64,000 nt of DNA from NCBI GenBank assembly GCA_964429815.1, contig CAYSCM010000001.1, forward strand, positions 96,001-160,000, given 5' to 3'. The notes beneath the pieces were generated by a model that searched no databases, was not told the DNA's origin, and saw only the letters and a program-made list of their open reading frames with translations. Positions 10,705 to 21,118 of this stretch are shown one piece after another (position 1 is the first letter of the stretch; each line of letters begins with the position of its first letter). Made by a program: the position numbers and the translations under genes. The DNA is from an uncultured Candidatus Saccharibacteria bacterium (GTDB lineage: Bacteria; Patescibacteriota; Minisyncoccia; Phycocordibacterales; CAYSCM01).

Positions 10705-11406
10705 AACGTAATGGTTACTGTTAATGCCCGTGTGAACGGGCGATTCGCGAGACTCACAGGAGTCGACCCCATGAAGCGCGCGAGGAGTGACCTTTGCATG
10801 AAGTGCTTTCGGCACTCGGTCACGGTTGATAATCACTTTTGTACTATTTCCCTACCCCCGTGGTATCGACCCGGAAGCTAGAGAACTAGTGGCGAAGAGA
10901 GGTGGTTGTTCTGTATGTATTCAGCCGAGGAGGAATAAAGAGTTGCGGTAAACTGAAGCACGAGGGCAGAGCCCTCATTTTTTGAAGAAACGAGTTTTTC
11001 GGTATATGAAATTGTCAACGTCCTTCCGTGCACCCCGGTTCATTTTCCTCAAAAGTTCTGAAATAACTCAGTTAATTCCAAGAAAAACACACTCCCAGAG
11101 CTCCGCCTATTATAGACGCGCTACTTTTGCGCATCAAAACGGACAATGTGGATAACTAACGCCAAAAAAGCCCACAGATTGGTCTTTTTTGGCCGTTTTC
11201 CACGCAGCGCGGAGCATACACAAGAAGACGGCACCGGTCAATGAACATTTCCTCTAAAAAATGGCGCAATACTTGGATACGATGTCAATTTTTAGGCAGG
11301 TTTAGGTTCCTTTGAGAGCTTAAGGCCTTCGGGGACCCTAAAGGGTGGAAGGAGGGGCGCACAAGGTGAAAATGTGGCAACTTAAAAATGTGATAACTCT
11401 GGTAAC

Positions 11407-12174
11407 TCAAGGTGTGCCCGGGGTCGGCACCTCGGTAACGGACAATGAATACGAGCTCCAGCGTCTCTCGCCTTCTTTTTTAAGGACACCCTCTTGGACC
11501 ATGGCTATAAGTTCGCGCTGAAGGGTTTTCTCACTGACACCCGTAATGGCTGTTGCTAAGTTTCTTATGGTTATTCTTTGGTTTTTGGACAGTAAATCCA
11601 AAACAATCCTCCTGCGATCTAAGCGCTGTGTAGCGGTTGAATCGGTCAATGAGACATTGCTATGTCCATTAGAAATGTCTTTTTTACTGCGTCTGGTGTG
11701 CGACTGTCCACCACTGAGCATTTTTTGATCAAGGCGTCCCTCCGGAATAAGGGCTTCGGCAAGGATCGCGGAGCGCTCGAGCGAAGAAACGCGCCCGAGA
11801 AGCTGTCGAAGCGCCTCGTATTCGTTGCGCAAAACAGCGACATTGGCGGAGCTAATAGAGCGAGAGCCTTCAGCGACTGTTAGATACGAAATGATGCCCA
11901 CCATGAGACCTTCGACACGGACAAGTTCGAGAGCGTTCCCAGCAAAAAGGTCTGCTATGGCGTGTAGGATGGAAATACTGGATGACCGAAGCGACGATCG
12001 CAAAGGCTCACTATGACCTAAACGGTCCGTTACAAGATGAACAGCAGAAGATAGTTTCTGTCCTTTTTGTAGAGCGTATAAGATTCCTTGATTAAAAGAT
12101 TTGGATTCTGAGACAATATTAATGTCTGATTTTGTCCAAAAAGGATTAATTTTTTCTTGTCTCATTGTGTCCAA
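11407..12174 (-). CDS. hypothetical protein with C-terminal DeoR/winged-helix-like HTH
   Basis: C-terminus …RRRIVLDLLSKNQRITIRNLATAITGVSEKTLQRELIAMVQEGVLKK… resembles a wHTH DNA-binding domain. Confidence 0.45.
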   Translation of the reverse strand: MDTMRQEKINPFWTKSDINIVSESKSFNQGILYALQKGQKLSSAVHLVTDRLGHSEPLRSSLRSSSISILHAIADLFAGNALELVRVEGLMVGIISYLTVAEGSRSISSANVAVLRNEYEALRQLLGRVSSLERSAILAEALIPEGRLDQKMLSGGQSHTRRSKKDISNGHSNVSLTDSTATQRLDRRRIVLDLLSKNQRITIRNLATAITGVSEKTLQRELIAMVQEGVLKKEGERRWSSYSLSVTEVPTPGTP

Positions 12175-12346
12175 TATATGTCTTTTATAACTATCGGACC
12201 TTCCCTGTAGCCTACAGTATACGTGTGTCTTTAAAGTTGATTCAATTGACGATCGTCAAAAACCGTTTTCTACCTCTTACTTTAGCCGTGGGTTCCTCTA
12301 CACCCGCTCCGGGGCGGCCTGAGAGGCTCAGCGTGCGTGCTATTAT

Positions 12347-14518
12347 GTGCCCACCATGGCTCGGAAGGAGAAAAAACCTCGATTTTGGTCGTCTTTTTCC
12401 ACTCTTCCGAGCGAAACGAAACGGGGTGTCGTTGCAGTCCTCCTTTTTGCCGCGACTGCTCTATGCATTCTTGCGGCTAACAACATGGCCGGTATCGGCG
12501 GTCGCGCTCTTTATAGCGGTATAAGCTATCTTTTTGGGCTCGGTTACTACCTTGTACCCATACTTACGCTCACGCTTGGCGTTATCTTGGTGCGTCCCCT
12601 GGAGCGGGAAGTCGGCCTCCTCAAAATCGCCGGAGCGCTTCTCCTCTTCTTTTCCGCGCTTGGCCTCGTCGACACCGTCGCTAAAAGCCGTGGTGGAGAG
12701 GTAGGAAACCTCATATCATCTCCGCTACAAGACCTCTTCGATCTTCCGGCTACCGTAGCGATCCTCGTAACGCTTCTTCTGATATCCTTCTTCATCCTTT
12801 TTGAGCTTAAATTCATCCTGCGAATGCCTGGCTGGCTTGCGACCGTCAGACTATTCAGGCGGAAGAGCGAAGACATCGATGAACCGGCCATAACGAGTTA
12901 TCAGGACGGCGAAGAGGAAGATGTCGAAGAAGACGAGGAAGAGCTTAATGAGGACGAAGAGGAGGACGAGGTGGAACCGAGAATCACCAAATCTCCCTTG
13001 GTTCCTGACTCCCCTGCCCCCGCCGGTTTTCGCTCTCGCATGCGCGGTGCATATATTCCTCCGCCACTGTCTCTTTTTGAACGTGACAAGGGTAAGCCTG
13101 GTGTTGGCGACATCAAAGCAAACGCAAACATAATCAAGCGTACCTTCCAGAACTTCGGTATCAGCGTTGAAATGGACGAGGTCTCCATCGGACCGACGGT
13201 CACTCGCTACGCGCTAAAACCCGCCGAGGGTGTGCGCCTCAGTAAGATCGTTTCGCTCCAGAACAACCTTGAGCTCGCCCTCGCCGCTCATCCGGTGCGC
13301 ATCGAAGCGCCCATTCCTGGAAAGTCGCTTGTTGGCATCGAAGTACCGAACTCGACGAAAGCTACCGTCGGCTTCGCGACACTCCTTTCTTCGACGGAAT
13401 TTACCTCGTCGGATAAGCCGCTTCTCCTTGCACTCGGCCGCGATATCGCTGGCTCCCCCATCCTCGCTAACTTGGCTAAAATGCCTCACGCTCTTATCGC
13501 GGGAGCCACCGGCTCGGGCAAGTCCGTGACTATCCATGCGCTCATAAATTCATTGCTCTATAGAAATTCCCCCGAGCAACTCCGGTTCATCATGATCGAT
13601 CCCAAGCGCGTCGAGCTCACTCTCTACAACAACATCCCCCACCTTCTCACCCCCGTCATCACTGATCCGAAAAAGACCATTCTCGCCCTCAAATGGGCCG
13701 GAAAAGAAATGGAGCGGCGCTACAACATTCTTGAAGCCGAGGGTGCGCGCGACATAGACTCCTACCACAAAAACGTCCTCGCGCCTGCCCTCGAAAAAAC
13801 CCATGGAAATGACGATGCTCCGGTCGAGACCATGCCCTACATCATCGTCATCATCGATGAACTCGCCGATATCATGCAGACCTACCCGCGCGAACTTGAA
13901 GCCGCGGTCGTGCGTCTCGCCCAGATGAGCCGCGCGGTCGGTATTCACCTCATTCTCTCCACGCAGCGACCGTCGGTGAACGTCATCACGGGCCTCATTA
14001 AGGCGAACGTTCCGGCCCGCATCGCACTTCAAGTCGCCTCCCAGATCGACTCGCGCACCATTCTCGACGGCTCCGGTGCGGAAAAGCTCCTCGGCGCAGG
14101 AGACATGCTCTATCTCTCCGGCGATATGGGCAAGCCGGTACGCCTCCAGGCTCCCTATCTCTCGGAGTCCGAGGTGAAAAAGGTCGCCAAGTATCTCAAG
14201 GACAACTATGCGGACCTTATCTCGGACGAAATACAATTTAGCGATGAAAGTAAGGGCGTTGGCCTCTCCCCCGCGTTCGAAGATGAGGAGATAGACGACG
14301 ACATGTATCAAGAGGCAAAACAAATCGTCGAAGAAGCCGGCAAGGCTTCGACGAGCTACCTTCAGCGCAAGCTTCGTATCGGCTACTCTCGCGCCGCACG
14401 CATCATGGACATACTCGAAGAGCGCGGCGTCATCGGGCCTGCGGACGGAAGCAAGCCGCGCGAAGTGCTCGGCGCTTCCGGAAGCAAAGAGGGTGAAGAG
14501 GGTGGCGAAGACGTATGA
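12347..14518 (+). CDS. ftsK: DNA translocase FtsK
   Basis: N-terminal 4-TM domain, acidic linker (EEEDVEEDEEELNEDEEEDE), motor domain with Walker A GATGSGKS and the conserved …IIVIIDELADIM…HLILSTQRPSVNVITGLIKANVPARIALQV…, and a C-terminal gamma wHTH (YLQRKLRIGYSRAARIMDILEERGVIG). Confidence 0.92.
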   Translation: MPTMARKEKKPRFWSSFSTLPSETKRGVVAVLLFAATALCILAANNMAGIGGRALYSGISYLFGLGYYLVPILTLTLGVILVRPLEREVGLLKIAGALLLFFSALGLVDTVAKSRGGEVGNLISSPLQDLFDLPATVAILVTLLLISFFILFELKFILRMPGWLATVRLFRRKSEDIDEPAITSYQDGEEEDVEEDEEELNEDEEEDEVEPRITKSPLVPDSPAPAGFRSRMRGAYIPPPLSLFERDKGKPGVGDIKANANIIKRTFQNFGISVEMDEVSIGPTVTRYALKPAEGVRLSKIVSLQNNLELALAAHPVRIEAPIPGKSLVGIEVPNSTKATVGFATLLSSTEFTSSDKPLLLALGRDIAGSPILANLAKMPHALIAGATGSGKSVTIHALINSLLYRNSPEQLRFIMIDPKRVELTLYNNIPHLLTPVITDPKKTILALKWAGKEMERRYNILEAEGARDIDSYHKNVLAPALEKTHGNDDAPVETMPYIIVIIDELADIMQTYPRELEAAVVRLAQMSRAVGIHLILSTQRPSVNVITGLIKANVPARIALQVASQIDSRTILDGSGAEKLLGAGDMLYLSGDMGKPVRLQAPYLSESEVKKVAKYLKDNYADLISDEIQFSDESKGVGLSPAFEDEEIDDDMYQEAKQIVEEAGKASTSYLQRKLRIGYSRAARIMDILEERGVIGPADGSKPREVLGASGSKEGEEGGEDV

Positions 14519-14865
14519 GGCGCCGCGCACTGCGCTCCTATCTCTCGATCGGTATCGCCGTGCTTTTCGTCCTCACACTCTTCGGCTATACCTTCTTTCG
14601 CACGGAAAACCTCATTGTAGGGCCCCAAATTGTCATAGAGTCTCCCACGAATGGGTCAACGCTCTCCGACCCCTACGTCGAAATACGCGGGCACGCCCAC
14701 AATGTAAGTTACCTCTCCCTCAATGGGGCGCAAATATTCACCGATGAATCCGGGGCATTCTCAGAGAAATTGTTGGCGCCGTACGGCTATACTATAATGA
14801 CCCTCAAAGCTCGGGACCGATACGGGCGCACCGTGACCAAGACGCTCGAGCTGGTCTACCAATAG
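14515..14865 (+). CDS. small membrane-anchored hypothetical protein (116 aa)
   Basis: ATGA overlap with the ftsK stop; N-terminal TM helix. Confidence 0.45.
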   Translation: MRRRALRSYLSIGIAVLFVLTLFGYTFFRTENLIVGPQIVIESPTNGSTLSDPYVEIRGHAHNVSYLSLNGAQIFTDESGAFSEKLLAPYGYTIMTLKARDRYGRTVTKTLELVYQ

Positions 14866-14907
14866 TTCTTCCGTTTTTTATTACCAACTCTAGTACTAGG
14901 CGCGTGT

Positions 14908-15960
14908 ATGGCACTTAAAGAAAAGAAAGAGAGGGACGTTAAGGTGAGCGGCGAGACCATCGAGAACACTCTTAAAGCCATCAAGACGAAGTTCGGCGAG
15001 GAATCCATTATGAGACTCGGACAGCGACCCAAGGTCGACACCGACGCCATTTCGACTGGCTCCATTGGGCTCGATTGGGCGCTCGGCATCGGCGGCCTCC
15101 CTCGAGGCCGTATTATCGAAATATTCGGCCCGGAATCCTCGGGTAAGACGACGCTTTCCCTCCACGTCGTCGCCGAAGCTCAGAAGAAAGGCGGTGTCTG
15201 CGCTTTCATAGACGCAGAACACGCGATGGATCCAGAATACGCAAAGCGTCTTGGGGTTAATACGGCGGAACTCCTCATTAGCCAGCCCGATACCGGAGAA
15301 CAAGCTCTTGAGATCGCCGAAAGCCTCGTGCGAAGCGGAAAGATAGACGTCATTGTCATAGACTCCGTGGCGGCGCTTACGCCCAAGGACGAGATCGAGG
15401 GGGACATGGGACAGTCGCATGTGGGCAAACAGGCACGTCTCATGAGCCAGGCCCTCCGGAAACTCACCGCCATTGTCGCGAAATCGAAGACGATCGTCGT
15501 TTTCATAAACCAGATACGTATGCAAATCGGGGTCATGTTCGGCAATCCGGAAACGACGCCCGGCGGTAAAGCGCTAAAGTTCTACACGTCGGTGCGACTT
15601 GATATCCGCCGCATTGCCCAGATCAAGAAGGGCGATGAGGTGATGGGAGGTCGGGTGCGCGTCAAGGTCGTCAAAAACAAGGTCGCGGCGCCGTTTAAAT
15701 CGACCGAGTTCGACCTTATGTATAACGAAGGGATTTCCCGCGAAGGAGAACTTATCGCGCTTGGCGAGAGCCTCGGCGTCGTCGAGAAGTCCGGTAGCTC
15801 CTACGCGTTCGGCGAGGTAAAGCTCGGGCGCGGCTACGACGCGACACGCACCTTCCTGCGGGAAAACAAAAAAATCGCGGGCGAAATACTCAAAGAAATA
15901 AAGAAAAAGCTTAAGGCCGGGGAGGGCGCGGTGAAACCCTCCGAAGCCTCCGAGGAGTAA
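14908..15960 (+). CDS. recA: recombinase RecA
   Basis: …[64 protein letters not shown]… is near-canonical RecA with Walker A and L1/L2 loops. Confidence 0.97.
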   Translation: MALKEKKERDVKVSGETIENTLKAIKTKFGEESIMRLGQRPKVDTDAISTGSIGLDWALGIGGLPRGRIIEIFGPESSGKTTLSLHVVAEAQKKGGVCAFIDAEHAMDPEYAKRLGVNTAELLISQPDTGEQALEIAESLVRSGKIDVIVIDSVAALTPKDEIEGDMGQSHVGKQARLMSQALRKLTAIVAKSKTIVVFINQIRMQIGVMFGNPETTPGGKALKFYTSVRLDIRRIAQIKKGDEVMGGRVRVKVVKNKVAAPFKSTEFDLMYNEGISREGELIALGESLGVVEKSGSSYAFGEVKLGRGYDATRTFLRENKKIAGEILKEIKKKLKAGEGAVKPSEASEE

Positions 15961-15991
15961 CAAAATTGCCGCCGAAGAGGCGGTCGTTTTG

Positions 15992-16312
15992 TTATATGCG
16001 CACCCGGGCGTATTCGGTTTTTCGGAACACTTCGAGCCCGAGTGCAATAAGTGCACCGAGGAAAACGACAAGGAGAAGCTGAACCAGCGTGCCGGTGTTG
16101 AGGAATGCTGAGGCCATAAAGGTGAGCGTTGCGCGCACGTTGAGGAGCGAAGGCATGTTTTCGAGGACGTGTGAAATCGAGACGAGCGAGGCTACCGCAG
16201 CCGTTGAGATGAGCATGACGTAGAGCTTCAGTGCACGCGCCGAGGTCGCGCGACGGAGCACGTAGATCGCGTAGATGCGGCGCATAATGGTACGGCGTAG
16301 GGCGTTGTTCAT
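15992..16312 (-). CDS. small membrane protein (106 aa); candidate anti-sigma factor by position
   Basis: Downstream of, and co-oriented with, the ECF sigma factor gene; 2-3 TM helices. No anti-sigma domain motif recognised. Confidence 0.35.
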   Translation of the reverse strand: MNNALRRTIMRRIYAIYVLRRATSARALKLYVMLISTAAVASLVSISHVLENMPSLLNVRATLTFMASAFLNTGTLVQLLLVVFLGALIALGLEVFRKTEYARVRI

Positions 16313-16323
16313 GAAGAGTGGTC

Positions 16324-16914
16324 TTATGCTACTAAATCGGATGCGATTTTTTTAAACTCTTTCTTTGCGCGGTGGATGCGTGTCTTTACGGCCCCGACGC
16401 TCATTCCCTCCTCCTTGGCTATCTCCTTCTGCGGCTTACCATCGAGAAAATGAAGGGAAAGAATACGAGAGAGATGCTGGGGCATTTTCGAAAGGACCGA
16501 TATGAGATACTCGCGTGCATCGAGCTTTTCGAACTGGCGCATCACCGTGTCCGGAAGGGCTTCGTAGAATTCCGGATCGAGCGGCGCCTGCCCAAGCCAC
16601 TCGCGCTTGCGCTTCTGGTAGTGCGTGAGCGCCGTGTTGATGAGGATGCGATACCCCCATGATTTGAATGAAGCGCCTTCGACCGTCTTGAAGCGCCCCG
16701 CATTGAGGTAAATCTTCGCGAACGATTCCTGGACGATGTCCTCGGCCTCTTCCTTGCTCCGGACTATCGATCCGGCTTTGCGGACGAACGCGTCCTGATA
16801 GCGCGAAAGGAGCACCTCAAAGAGCTGCGGGTGCCGGATCGAACGCGCCAATACTTCCTCGTCGGCTAGCGTTTTAAGATCGTCTTCCTGTGCTTCAAGA
16901 TCGAGCAATCCCAT
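16324..16914 (-). CDS. ECF-type RNA polymerase sigma-70 factor
   Basis: Sigma-70 region 2 (…DIVQESFAKIYLNAGRF…) and region 4 HTH (…KEIAKEEGMSVGAVKTRIHRAKKEF…). Confidence 0.85.
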   Translation of the reverse strand: MGLLDLEAQEDDLKTLADEEVLARSIRHPQLFEVLLSRYQDAFVRKAGSIVRSKEEAEDIVQESFAKIYLNAGRFKTVEGASFKSWGYRILINTALTHYQKRKREWLGQAPLDPEFYEALPDTVMRQFEKLDAREYLISVLSKMPQHLSRILSLHFLDGKPQKEIAKEEGMSVGAVKTRIHRAKKEFKKIASDLVA

Positions 16915-17056
16915 GGGTGAGTGGGAGAGGGCTGGCGACCGGCCCGCCCCTTCACTCCGCTACTATAATCGACCTCGTACGCCAATGACAACCATAGTGG
17001 CTTCCAAAGGTTACACATTGTCAGGCGCTAGAAACTTGGCTATGATGCGCCCTACT

Positions 17057-17632
17057 ATGACGATGCTCGAATACAACGACATAACGCCGCGCAGGTTTAT
17101 CATCCTCGACGGGGAGCCCTACGAGGTGCTCTCCTCGCACGTCTTCCGCAAGCAACAGCGCAAACCCGTGAATCAGACCAAGCTTCAGGGACTCGTCTCC
17201 GGCCGTGTCGTCGAGAAAAGCTTTCATCAGGCTGAAAAAGCCGAGGAAGCCGAGATCGGCACGCGCGAGATCAAGTATATTTTCAACAAACGCGGCGAAT
17301 ATTGGTTTTCCGACCCATCCGACCCCTCACAGCGCTTTTCCCTGCCGGAGACGACAGTCGGCGAAAAGGCGCACTTCCTTAAGGGAAATACCATCGTCGA
17401 AGCGCTCGTCTTTGATGAGAAAATCGTCGGGGTACACCTTCCCATTAAGGTGGAACTCGAAGTAACCGAGGCGCCGCCAAACATAAAAGGAAATACCGCG
17501 ACTGGCGGCTACAAAGTCGTGACCCTTGAAACGGGGGCCACCATGGACGTCCCTATGTTCATAAACGCCGGCGATGTCATTCGCATCAACACGGAGACTG
17601 GCGCCTATGTCGAGCGAGTCAACAAGGGCTAA
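17057..17632 (+). CDS. efp: translation elongation factor P
   Basis: …FIILDGEPYEVLSSHVFRKQQRKPVNQTKLQGLVSGRVVEKSF… and the C-terminal OB domains are typical EF-P. Start chosen at MTMLEY; the upstream part of the ORF is not EF-P-like. Confidence 0.85.
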   Translation: MTMLEYNDITPRRFIILDGEPYEVLSSHVFRKQQRKPVNQTKLQGLVSGRVVEKSFHQAEKAEEAEIGTREIKYIFNKRGEYWFSDPSDPSQRFSLPETTVGEKAHFLKGNTIVEALVFDEKIVGVHLPIKVELEVTEAPPNIKGNTATGGYKVVTLETGATMDVPMFINAGDVIRINTETGAYVERVNKG

Positions 17633-17673
17633 CAAAAAAACCGGGATATATCCCGGTTTTTTTGTTGAAGTCT

Positions 17674-17868
17674 CTAACGCGCGACGAATGGGAGGAGCCC
17701 CATAATGCGGGCGCGCTTCACCGCGGTCGCGAGCTTGCGCTGATTCTTCACGCTCATGCCGGTACGGCGGCGGGAAAGTATGCGTCCATGAGGGTTAAGA
17801 AACTTCTTGAGAAGCTCGGTGTCTTTGTAATCGATGTGTTTGAGTTCTTGGGTTTCGTTTTTCTTCAT
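17674..17868 (-). CDS. rpsR: 30S ribosomal protein S18
   Basis: …[49 protein letters not shown]…. Confidence 0.92.
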   Translation of the reverse strand: MKKNETQELKHIDYKDTELLKKFLNPHGRILSRRRTGMSVKNQRKLATAVKRARIMGLLPFVAR

Positions 17869-17877
17869 GGATTCGCA

Positions 17878-18327
17878 TTAAAACGGGATATCGTCGGGAT
17901 TTATTTCTTCCGCCGGGTACTCGATGGCGTCGGCTTCCTTCTCTTTTCCCTTCCCTTTAGCAGGGGTCCCCTCTGAGGCCACGGTACCGGCGCCCCCTCC
18001 CGCGCTGCGTGGGCCGAATTGGATCCGGTCGGCCACTATCTCGGTGCGGTATTTCTTTTGACCTTCACTCTCCCAAGAGCGGGTTTGGAGGCGGCCTTCG
18101 ATGAGGACTGAGCTTCCCTTCTTGAGGTACTGTGCCGCGGTCTCCGCCTGACGGCCGAAGACTACCACGTTGTGAAATTCAGTCGACTCCTGCTTTTGTC
18201 CTTCCTTGTCGCGCCACACGCGATTGGTCGCGACCGAAAAGCTCGCGACCTGAACGCCGGAGGGAAGCGAGCGCAACTCCGGGTCGCGGGTGAGATTGCC
18301 TATAATGAATGCCTTATTGAGATACAT
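17878..18327 (-). CDS. ssb: single-stranded DNA-binding protein
   Basis: MYLNKAFIIGNLTRDPELR…NRVW…QESTEFHNVVVFGRQAE… OB fold, Gly-rich linker, acidic C-terminal tail (DDIPF). Confidence 0.93.
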   Translation of the reverse strand: MYLNKAFIIGNLTRDPELRSLPSGVQVASFSVATNRVWRDKEGQKQESTEFHNVVVFGRQAETAAQYLKKGSSVLIEGRLQTRSWESEGQKKYRTEIVADRIQFGPRSAGGGAGTVASEGTPAKGKGKEKEADAIEYPAEEINPDDIPF

Positions 18328-18810
18328 TTAAATTTTTTCGCCGACGAGCTCTTCGATCTTCTTATCAAGTTCCGCCTCGGAGACCGGAACTTGTGCCTCC
18401 TCTTTGACGAGCTTGCGAAGTGTCGTGGTCGGTGTGACTTCTCGGACGCCAGCGACCATGCGCCTTGGGGCCATAGTCGATTCACGCACCGTAGTGATGA
18501 GAAGGTGGCGGAGAATATTCGAGTTTCCCCCAGCATCAGCTTTAAGTTCCGCCGCCATGAGAGGTGCCATCTCGAATTTCACCCATCCGAAATGCGTCGT
18601 GTTGAATTTGACAAGCTTTCCCGCGTTCTCCTTGGACATCGTGTACGAGAGATCAATCATTTTAGGAGCCTCCTCGGCGAGAATGACGCCGCCACGCCTT
18701 TCTATCTGTGACTTGAGCGAAGAAACCTCATGGGCAATATCCCCTTCCGAGAGGGTCGGAAGGAGGTGGTAGCCGAGTTCGTAGACTTTGGCGTCCGTCT
18801 CTTTTTCCAT
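18328..18810 (-). CDS. rpsF: 30S ribosomal protein S6 with C-terminal extension
   Basis: Canonical rpsF-ssb-rpsR context. N-terminal …KVYELGYHLLPTLSEGDIAHEVSSLKSQIERRGGVIL… fits the S6 fold pattern. ATG at 18808-18810. Confidence 0.7.
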   Translation of the reverse strand: MEKETDAKVYELGYHLLPTLSEGDIAHEVSSLKSQIERRGGVILAEEAPKMIDLSYTMSKENAGKLVKFNTTHFGWVKFEMAPLMAAELKADAGGNSNILRHLLITTVRESTMAPRRMVAGVREVTPTTTLRKLVKEEAQVPVSEAELDKKIEELVGEKI

Positions 18811-18856
18811 GTGGGTAGAGACTACCACGACCTCAGGAGGCGCGCAATTGAGCCCT

Positions 18857-19639
18857 CTAGAAGCCGAAAACCCTCGCCACGTTTTCGCGCAAGGTCGTGG
18901 AAACGCTTTGAAGCGGCTCCCCGCGAAGTTCTGCGATTTTTTTTACGGTCTCGACGACGAAGCTCGGTTCGTTGCGTTTCCCGCGGTGCGGCAACGGTGC
19001 GGCAAAGGGAGCGTCAGTTTCAGCCATTATCATGGAAAGCGGAACTTCTCGTATCGCAGCGTCATAGTCGCGCGCGAACGTGATGACGCCCGGGAACGAT
19101 ACGGTAAAACCGAGCTCGTTGTATCGTTTGGCGATCACCGCGGAACTTGTGAAGAAATGGATGTTGCCGCGAAGGCCGTCTCCCGCTTCCTTTTTGTACT
19201 CACCGAGGAGACAGAGCATTTCCTCATGCGCGCTGCGACAGTGGACCATGAGCGGCTTATCGTGTTTGAGGGCAAAATCGATTTGTCTTCGCAGCTCTCT
19301 CTCCTGCCGCGCGCGCTCTTGTTCATCGACTCCGTCCCTCCGATAGAAATCGAGGCCGCACTCCCCTATCGCCACCACCTTACTCTCCGAGACGAGGACT
19401 CCAAACTCTGTTGGGTCGAATCCCTCCGTCGCGTTGTCCGCGGGATGTAACCCGACCGCGGCCCACACCCCCGGCGAGAGCTTCGCGAGCTCAACGGCAC
19501 GACGCGAACTCTCGAGGTCGACACCGACGGTTATGGTCGAAACATCCGCATCCCGCATACGGGAGAGAACCTTCTCACGGTCACGCTCAAACTCCTTGAA
19601 GGAGACGTGCGAGTGTATGTCGACAAAGCGCGTACTCAT
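18857..19639 (-). CDS. tatD: TatD-family metal-dependent hydrolase/DNase
   Basis: MSTRFVDIHSHVS… (HxH), …AIGECGLDFYR…, …HCRSAHEE…, …AETDAPF…. Confidence 0.88.
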   Translation of the reverse strand: MSTRFVDIHSHVSFKEFERDREKVLSRMRDADVSTITVGVDLESSRRAVELAKLSPGVWAAVGLHPADNATEGFDPTEFGVLVSESKVVAIGECGLDFYRRDGVDEQERARQERELRRQIDFALKHDKPLMVHCRSAHEEMLCLLGEYKKEAGDGLRGNIHFFTSSAVIAKRYNELGFTVSFPGVITFARDYDAAIREVPLSMIMAETDAPFAAPLPHRGKRNEPSFVVETVKKIAELRGEPLQSVSTTLRENVARVFGF

Positions 19640-21072
19640 TCTTTTCGTACAAAAAGTGCCCCGGGATTTCTACCTTCGAGGAGCGCATCCTCGACGGTCT
19701 TCGCGATTTTCGGCAGAAACGGTCGCAGCAAGACCGCGATTTCCCCCAGTTCTTCGAGAAGGTAGCGTAGGTGTTCTCGCGCTTTTTCCGGCTCGGTTTT
19801 GATGAGCTTGAACGGCCCAGTATCTTGAATATAGGCGTCAAGCTCACCGATTCGTCCGAAAAGACGGTCGAGCACCCGATTAACCTCAAGCTGCTCGAGA
19901 TGCTCACGATAGTCGTTCTCGACGGAGAGGATCTCCTCGCCTGAGGGGAGCCGGGAAAGTTTTACGCCGAGCGTTGCAGCCATCGTGAGCGTGCGCGACA
20001 CCAAATTTCCCAGCCCGTTTGCCAGGTTGGCGTTGTACGCTTCTTTAAACCCCTCTCGTGTAATATCGCCATCTTCAAAGGGAGATACGTGGCGCAGGAG
20101 GTAATAACGAACCGCTTCCGCGCCATACTCGGAGATAAGCTCCTGCGGGTCGATGACGTTACCGAGCGTTTTGCTCATCTTCTTGCCGCCCGACGTGATA
20201 AAACCGTGCACGAGGATGCGCTTTGGGAGTAAAAGCCCCGCAGAGAGGAGCATCGCGGGCCAGATGGCCGCGTGGAAACGCAGAATATCCTTGCCGATGA
20301 CGTGAAGGTCTGCTGGCCACCATGTCGCGAATGTCTTCTCATCGCGCCCGTAGCCGATCGCGGTTATGTAGTTGGAAAGCGCATCGCACCACACGTACAT
20401 ACGCTGAGAGGCATCGCCGGGCACGGGAATACCGATGGAGACTTTGGAGCTTGGGCGCGAAAAACTTACGTCAGAAAGTCCCTTCGAGAGAAGAGCAAGT
20501 ATCTCCCCCCGACGAGAGGCGGGTATTATTTCGAGCTCGTTGGATTCAATAAGGTCTTTAATGCGGCCGCTATAGCGAGAGAGCCTGAAAAAATAGTTTT
20601 CTTCTGAAAGTCTCTCCGGAGCCGTGCCATGGTCGGGACATTTGCCGTCGACGAGATCCTTTTCCGTGATGAACGCCTCGTGTCCCACGCAGTAGAGGCC
20701 TTCGTAGGAAGCTCGGTAGATATCTCCCGCTTCGAGGAGCTTTCTCCAGAGCGCTTGCGCCCCGGGGTAATGGATATTCTCGTCGCTCGTGCGAATGAAC
20801 TGGTCATACGAGCTCTCGAGAGAGGAAAACAGGGACATAAAGTTCCCGACGATGCCATCAAGAAACGGCTTCACCTCCTGCCCCGCTTCTCTGGCGGCGC
20901 GTACCACTTTTTCAGTGTTTTCATCAGAGCCAGTGAGGAGATAGGTCTCATCCCCCATGAGCCGGTGATAGCGCGCGAGTGCATCTGCAAGCACCGTCGT
21001 GTATGCGTGCCCGAGATGAAGCTTTGCGTTGGGATAGAAGATCGGCGTTGTTATGTAGAATTTCTTCGCCAT
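19636..21072 (-). CDS. metG: methionyl-tRNA synthetase (short, no C-terminal tRNA-binding extension)
   Basis: HIGH motif (HLGHAYTT), KMSKT (KMSKS-type) motif, and the …WCDALSNY… MetRS core. Confidence 0.93.
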   Translation of the reverse strand: MAKKFYITTPIFYPNAKLHLGHAYTTVLADALARYHRLMGDETYLLTGSDENTEKVVRAAREAGQEVKPFLDGIVGNFMSLFSSLESSYDQFIRTSDENIHYPGAQALWRKLLEAGDIYRASYEGLYCVGHEAFITEKDLVDGKCPDHGTAPERLSEENYFFRLSRYSGRIKDLIESNELEIIPASRRGEILALLSKGLSDVSFSRPSSKVSIGIPVPGDASQRMYVWCDALSNYITAIGYGRDEKTFATWWPADLHVIGKDILRFHAAIWPAMLLSAGLLLPKRILVHGFITSGGKKMSKTLGNVIDPQELISEYGAEAVRYYLLRHVSPFEDGDITREGFKEAYNANLANGLGNLVSRTLTMAATLGVKLSRLPSGEEILSVENDYREHLEQLEVNRVLDRLFGRIGELDAYIQDTGPFKLIKTEPEKAREHLRYLLEELGEIAVLLRPFLPKIAKTVEDALLEGRNPGALFVRKE

Positions 21073-21118
21073 GACAAAAGACTATGGGCTTTTACGCGCC
21101 GATGCAACCTGCTTTCGA

